Shown: positions 36,518 through 42,429 of the stretch, piece by piece
Layout of the letters: every line of letters begins with the position of its first letter
Position numbering within the stretch: position 1 is the first letter of the stretch
Assembly: GCF_001186125.1 (NCBI RefSeq)
Contig: NW_014040511.1
Coordinates: 1-42,429, forward strand
Source of the DNA: Sphaeroforma arctica JP610
Lineage: Eukaryota
Direction of reading: 5' to 3'
DNA length: 42,429 nt
The notes under the pieces: model-generated
The model's input: only the letters and a program-made list of their open reading frames with translations
What the model was told of the DNA's origin: nothing
The model's database searches: none
Program-made: the position numbers and the translations under genes

Positions 36518-37966
36518 TATCCCTATGTGCCCCAGAGATAGAACTTTTATGTCCATCCACTTTGCTTGTATCCGTATTATAATGGGCCTTAATCTACCCC
36601 CAATTAGATCGGACCTACTACAACAACTACAGAATCGGCATGAATACCACGCCATGAGGACTCTCCACGAACATCTTGGAAGCTTCCTTCTCCATGAACA
36701 GCTAGCAATACTTCCCGTTATGGCTAGCCAGAATTTTCCAAATACATCAGCTGTACGGTGTGGTATCGGGCAGCCTCCAAAATCGCACCGATACGGAATT
36801 GCGGACGACAACCTCATCCTTGTGGGTATCACGTTCAAAATATCTCAGACCGACTCAGCCCATATTACCACTACAAGTGTGGGCCAATTTTATTTCACGC
36901 AATGGCATACAGGTTTTAGTTCTCACCCAATTGTAGAGGTTTTCTGTATCCATCGACGTGAAGTAACACACAGTATGTCTTTCACTGTTACATCACTCAC
37001 CCCAAGCTTCTCGCGGCAGTTCGACAATCTTAACTCTACTTTAATTTTCACAGAACCTCTCCAACGAATATGGAGCCTGATAGTCATGTCGACATATAAA
37101 AATTTATCCAAATTGATATAAATAATGTTATCCTTATTTACGTAACCCTACGACCATGTGCTGGCTGGTGCCCCTGACTAAGACCTCAGTCTTTAGCTAG
37201 TTACTTTTAAGTAACTAGCTATTCACAACCGGACTTGTAAGCTAACTTACTTTTAGTCTTTTGCGGTTTAATTTAATTAGTCAATTTACTTTAGCTATTA
37301 AAGTCCACATCTATTTACACATTTTTAAGTTACTTTAAAGTAGCTAAAAGAAAACTGACTAGTACGCTTACGTGTACAATTTTTATAGAACAACACTTAA
37401 GTGTTATAGCTTTTAAAAATTTATATAATTGTTCACTTTTAGAAGTGAATAACTATTGTAGCGAAACGCACTTTTAAAGGTGCTACAGATTTTATAATCT
37501 TATATCAATATAAGTATATCGATACGAACACTTTGGAAGTTTCATTATTGACAAATTTACCCCTACGTGTTAGTTTATTAATAGCTTTATAGGCATATAA
37601 ATATCACTTTGAAAAGTGCTATAGATTTTATAATCTAAATCAATATATTATAAGTGTCAACATTGATACTTCTATAGTAGATTGTGTCGCAAGTTGCTGA
37701 AGCAGCAAGTGCTTCTACAGTACAGAATCCAGAAGAGGGATAATTAGTTAGCCAAAGGCAAACTAGGAGCTGTGGTCAAAACTTAGTAGCACTTAGTAAA
37801 TAGTGATAATTCTGAAAAAAGTGAACTCAGCCAGAAGTGCCATTAGGAATGGCGCGCCTATGTTGAAAGAGACTTTCTCTACCACCGGGTTATGTAAAAA
37901 TACCCGTCTCTATGGTTTCGGATGAGTCATCACTTCTGTTTCATTAAATTCTCTATTCCACTAATC

Positions 37967-38105
37967 GGTCCGGTCCTCTGGTTCGGCCTTCAAATATCCC
38001 TCTTAGGTCCGGTCCTCTGGTTCGGTCTTCAAATATCCCCCTTAGGTCCGGTCCTCTGGTCCGGTTCTAAATTACTCTCTCAGGTCCGATCCTCCGGTCG
38101 GGTAC
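37967..38105. repeat. Minisatellite, ~39-bp unit x3.5
   Basis: ggtccggtcctctggttcgg.cttcaaatatccc.ctta at 37967 and 38006, more diverged at 38045 and 38083. Confidence 0.9.
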
Positions 38106-38557
38106 TAAATTTCCGCCTCTAGGGTACTTTGTCACACACAGCCCCGCCAAGTTGGAGTCTGGTTTTCCGACGAGTATGTGTATTCTATCGACATATCTAA
38201 ATCAAATTATATATATCAAATAATACAAGAGAAGTATCCTACACGGACCGTGGGGTTACTGCATCGTCATAATATTGATATAGTTTTAGGACTATTAAAA
38301 ATGTCGTAAGATATGAAGTATTTAGAGGCATGACCAGTGTCGCTGCAACTGTAAAAGCAGACAAAAGTATCTACCCTCATTTACTACAGCAAAAACAATT
38401 TGTTTTGTTTTGTTTCAAAATAAAGTTTCGCTTGTGCCTAAAATTGGCAAGTACGTCATCAGAAAACTTTCCACTAGTTATTTTGCAGCTGAATTTTTGA
38501 CTAACAGCTTAGTGTACTAACAAGCTTAGCCCTGGAACTATACGAGGAACACGCTTA

Positions 38558-39281
38558 TGTAAAAGCCGGACCTCCACATTAGAATCTTATATTATAAACG
38601 TACTCTTAAAAGTACGTAAACTCTTAAATGGGGTTTAACGGTTTTTATTAATTAAATACCTTTTCCATTTTACATATCAGATATTTGAACAAAGCCATTA
38701 AAAGGCCCCAGTAAAATACCAAATATAAGATTTGGTCTAGTTCTATTAAAAAAAAACTATGTTAACCTTCCAAATCTATTTATATCCGAATACTTCGGTA
38801 GCGAGATGGCTCAACCGAACATAGGTTTCTAAGGACTATTAGCGTTGCTTAGTTTATCCTCCGTTCAGCCAACTAGATGTGCCAGTCTGATGAAGGCTAA
38901 GTCGGTAATTCTTGTTAAGTGGCAAGTTATTGGTTAATGCAATAACAATGGACATCAAGAGTATTTTTTCTTCTTGTTCTAAAGATAGGATTTTATGAGT
39001 CTCTCGGATTCGCCCCCAACGAAACATACCATAGTTTCCATTAGAGCGACAATGAAACACTAAATAAAATCCCTTCGGCGAAAACAGTACTGAGAGAATT
39101 ATAGATAGGCAATGTCTCAGCCTCACAATCCCTCAGAGTATTGCTGTTTTCACGAGGCATACCTAACTTTACTAAAAGACTCGTTTCGTTTTTTAACATT
39201 GATTTTAATTATACTTAGACTTAACCTAAGCGTTTAATTACTCTAAGGCGTTAATATCGCCTTGATAGACCGAAACTTACA
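38558..39281 (+). mobile_element. LTR-B, 5' LTR of Gypsy-2
   Basis: TGTAA...TTACA; homologous to solo LTR 28080-28836; no TSD; a gag-like ORF starts ~130 bp downstream. Confidence 0.88.
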
Positions 39282-39409
39282 CATTTTAAAGTTAGCAAAG
39301 GTATTAACTACTTAGACTACTTGAACGTAAAGGTAGATAACTACCACGGAATTATTCCTAAGCATAGTCATTCCTTAAGAGAAAAAGACTGAAGTCATAA
39401 GTTAAGATT

Positions 39410-41623
39410 ATGACAAAGAAAGACAATACGCCTGCAAAGAAACGCAAGGCCGAGCGTAAGAAGATGGAGAGAGAAGCCGCTGCTGCCGATGCGTTTAACC
39501 GCACCGTAGCCGAGGCACTTGTCTCCGACAATAATAGTCAGGACAATGCTTCGGATAAGGATGTAGCCACTCCGATTAAGGAGACTACTCCTACAGATAG
39601 TGCCCGAGGGCCAACTATTGCCTCAACTTAGTAGCTCGTATATACGAAGCCAAGAAGTGAGACAAGGGACACGTCTCAAGACGCCCCACCCAATTCTTCT
39701 GACGAAACTCAGAAAAAAAAGTACACAAATATAGGGAACAAAGACGAATCTCAGAAGGTACCTACACCGGAACCAGCAGAGGAGGCAAGCTCAAGTGGCA
39801 AACCCGAATCTACGTCCGAGACCACTGAGCTAACGCGCATAAGTAGGTTGACCACTGAAAACACTGATCTTAAGAATCAGTTAGCCACCCTTATGAAAGG
39901 CATGACTGTTGAACATGTAGATCGAATGTATGGATCAGGAAAACACGCACAGCACTTACGCGAGCATGTTTCTCCGGGCACTACTGAAGCCTTACAGAAG
40001 TGGACAAAACGTCGGCTGGCAATTACGCCCGAAAAGCGTCAGGACCTGAGCGCCAAACCTGTGGCAGTTGACCTAGATGTGCTCAGTGTATTTATACCTT
40101 ACGAGGTACTACCACCAGAACTCCAGGTTAATTATTCGCCTGTTCTAACACCCGGACATGAGTCGCCTGTCCTTGAGGGTATTATAGACCCAGAGGCTGG
40201 TAGAAACACTCCGCCACCTTTACCCAACTGGGATGACAATCGTCGGAAACCAGTTAAGACTGGGTATGTCATCCAGACACATGAATCACCCAAGATCATA
40301 ATACCAACGACTATCCAAGGAACAGAGCACCGAAAGGTCTCGACCATGGACTTTACACGGGGTAATAAACACACCCGTAAACGTGTTAATGATATCAAAT
40401 TTAATCGCTTCGATCCCACCGCCTTACACCAACCCGCAGAGGATTTTCACTCTGACGAGGTGACCGAACTTAATAAATCGGTCGACGATTACACCATCAA
40501 GATGGATATCGCCCTTGACGAGCACCGTGCCGATGACGTATCATATTATGCTAATATGATTGCGATCAAGCAGAAACGCGTCGATCAGTTACTTCAGGCC
40601 CAACGTGGACACGACCACCGGGATAACCAGAAGTAGAAGGGACAGATCAGTCGACCTAAGTCGAACTGGGATGCCAACAGTAAGCAGGTCGAGTTTATAA
40701 ACAACCATGACCTTGACACGCTAACCCGAACGCTTAATGCGTTTACGGTCATGCTGGAGACGAATGATATCGCTCCCCAGCAATGAATTTCTGCTTTAAT
40801 GCAGTCGTTTGACCCTACAGGAACAAGTTACTTGATTCTGCAGCGACACCAGCATGAGCTAGACACTTGTCGTGACTGGTCAGCTGTGTGTTTGTTGGTT
40901 ACGTGCTTATTAAGCAAGGACATGCGCAGTCCAGGACTGAGTTCAATCTTAACTGAACTAGTTAAAAATACTCGTATTCAGAGTTACATTCTGAAACTTG
41001 ATGCTGACCTTAAACGTCCAGATATAACAAAGGACAAGGCTCAGCGATGGTACGAGCTCCTGGTTATGCATGTTTTTTTGTAAGAACATAGGGAACAACG
41101 ACCGTGAAAGTCTGTACACCGAGCTGCGACGTAAGTACGCAACTGAGGCTCGAGACAAGGGATATGGGACGAAGTTTCATCTATCCCGACTTACGTGGGA
41201 ACAGTTTTATGATAATGTATTCACTCTTTTCCCCGCACACCGAGTAACCTCGAAGGGAAAGGCGGTAAATAAGAAACCACGCGAGCTCCTGATCAAGGAT
41301 ACCTCTCATGTCAGACGTCAGATGATAAGCCTCATCAGATGCGTCCTAACCAGGCACGTGCTCGCAACTCTACTCAATCAACGCGACCCAATAAACGGGC
41401 ACGCGCGGAGCCGAAGGACAAGGAACCTCCACTTAAGGAGATTAAGAAATGTGCCGACGCACAGTGCGGGTATGACATGTACCAATTGACCCCTAACGGT
41501 TACTGGAATGGAAGACATGCACCCACCTGTACACACTTTCTTACGAAGTGTGACGAGTGTGAAAAGACCAATGGCTATCACGCCAAGTCTTGCGACAAAA
41601 AGCTCGACATTAAGTTGGAGTGA
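39410..41623 (+). pseudogene. Gypsy-2 ORF1/gag-like region, broken by stops and frameshifts
   Basis: Chain of same-strand ORFs between LTR-B and the protease, ending in a Cys/His cluster. Confidence 0.6.
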
Positions 41624-42429
41624 AAGTACTACCAGGTACAATCGTTACAAAGAAAATACAACGACTCCTTAGATGAGCGTGTAATAATCCCTGTATATTG
41701 CAACGGAAATAAAGTCCTTGCATTGATTGATCCTGGTTCAGAAATTTCATGTATATCCGACCGCTTTGCATTAATGAAAGACATTGAAAGCGAACTCAAA
41801 CCACTCACTCAATTTTAGCAGATGATAAAACTTCTAAGTGTGATACCATGGTCACAGATGTTAAAATCTTCCTGGCCGATGATAGAAATATTACGACTCA
41901 AACTGTGATAGTTAAGATGTCACAGAAGTACGACATTATAGTTGGAATGAGCGATTTGCTCACGTTAGGGATAACCGTAACAGGCTTACCCAACAACATA
42001 GATCCATTAAAGGATCAGTCAGACGATAATTGTCTAAAACCATATACACTACCATCGGACACAGTCAAGGAATTAATTCCTGGCTTTGCCGATAAGATAA
42101 TGTACCTTATATTAGTAAATAAGAAGACAAAAATATCCGACTGGGCGAAATACCGCTTCAACGACGGATATGCCAGCCTTGACTTAACCAAAGTAGACTT
42201 TACTAAGCTCAAATGTCCTTCAAGAAACTATGTTTCTTGGAGACACGAAGCTGTAGTTAAAGAACAAGTCGAGAAATGGTTATCCGATGGGGTAATCGAA
42301 ATCAAATACCAACAAACGCCAGTTAACTTAGCATTATTGGCAGTTGATCAACACAACCCTGACGGAACATTTAAGAAAGTCAGAGTATGTCTAGATATGA
42401 GTCCAATAAATAAGTTATTGCCGACTCTG
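41624..42429 (+). pseudogene. Gypsy-2 pol: protease and start of RT (runs off the window)
   Basis: NGNKVLALIDPGSEISCIS, YDIIVGM; VKEQVEKWLSDGVIE...PVNLALLAV...KKVRVCLDMSPINKLL, closely resembling the Gypsy-1 RT start. Confidence 0.88.

Larger units (their letters stand above)
25823..37131 (+). mobile_element. Non-LTR retrotransposon (APE-RT LINE) copy A, near full length but decayed, containing three nested insertions
   Basis: 5' end matches copy B (cac.acggaca...gtcaccagt); ORF1 remnants 26015-26789; EN from 26783 (VVETW, VWGDFNFK); RT pieces 27900-29420; C-terminus split as IRLCAMI | STNTFLFKLLNYRTDEYFYP | PMCPRDRTFMSIHFAC... to the 3' end at ~37131. Confidence 0.82.

Noticed and set aside
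41621..41623. Single in-frame TGA between Gypsy-2 gag and protease as a programmed read-through site
   Set aside because: The element has several other isolated stops and frameshifts, so decay explains it equally well without intact copies to compare.

Overview
Eukaryotic genomic DNA (GT-AG introns, (TA)n microsatellites, three N-gaps). The only host gene I can support is the last three coding exons of a stomatin-like protein 2 (SPFH/Band 7) gene at 294-1744. The remaining ~39.5 kb is a nested, largely decayed retrotransposon cluster: (i) four Copia-type gag(CCHC)-protease remnants with no visible integrase/RT; (ii) five copies of a ~335-bp LTR (LTR-A) and two of a ~740-bp LTR (LTR-B), two of them solo LTRs with exact 4-bp TSDs; (iii) two related Ty3/Gypsy-type elements plus further RT fragments; (iv) an APE-RT non-LTR (LINE) family, where one copy (25823-37131) hosts a solo LTR and two more copies of its own family. 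The most unusual signals are a Dam-like (DIRS/phage-type) N6-adenine methyltransferase fragment lying between a Gypsy RNase H and an LTR-type RT segment; a LINE family with no poly(A) tail, an unrecognised ORF2 C-terminal domain and apparent self-targeting; LTR-A inserted at the same site just ahead of the protease motif in two divergent elements; and a possible tRNA-independent self-priming PBS. All family assignments are by eye from motifs, no searches were run, and the organism is not determined.
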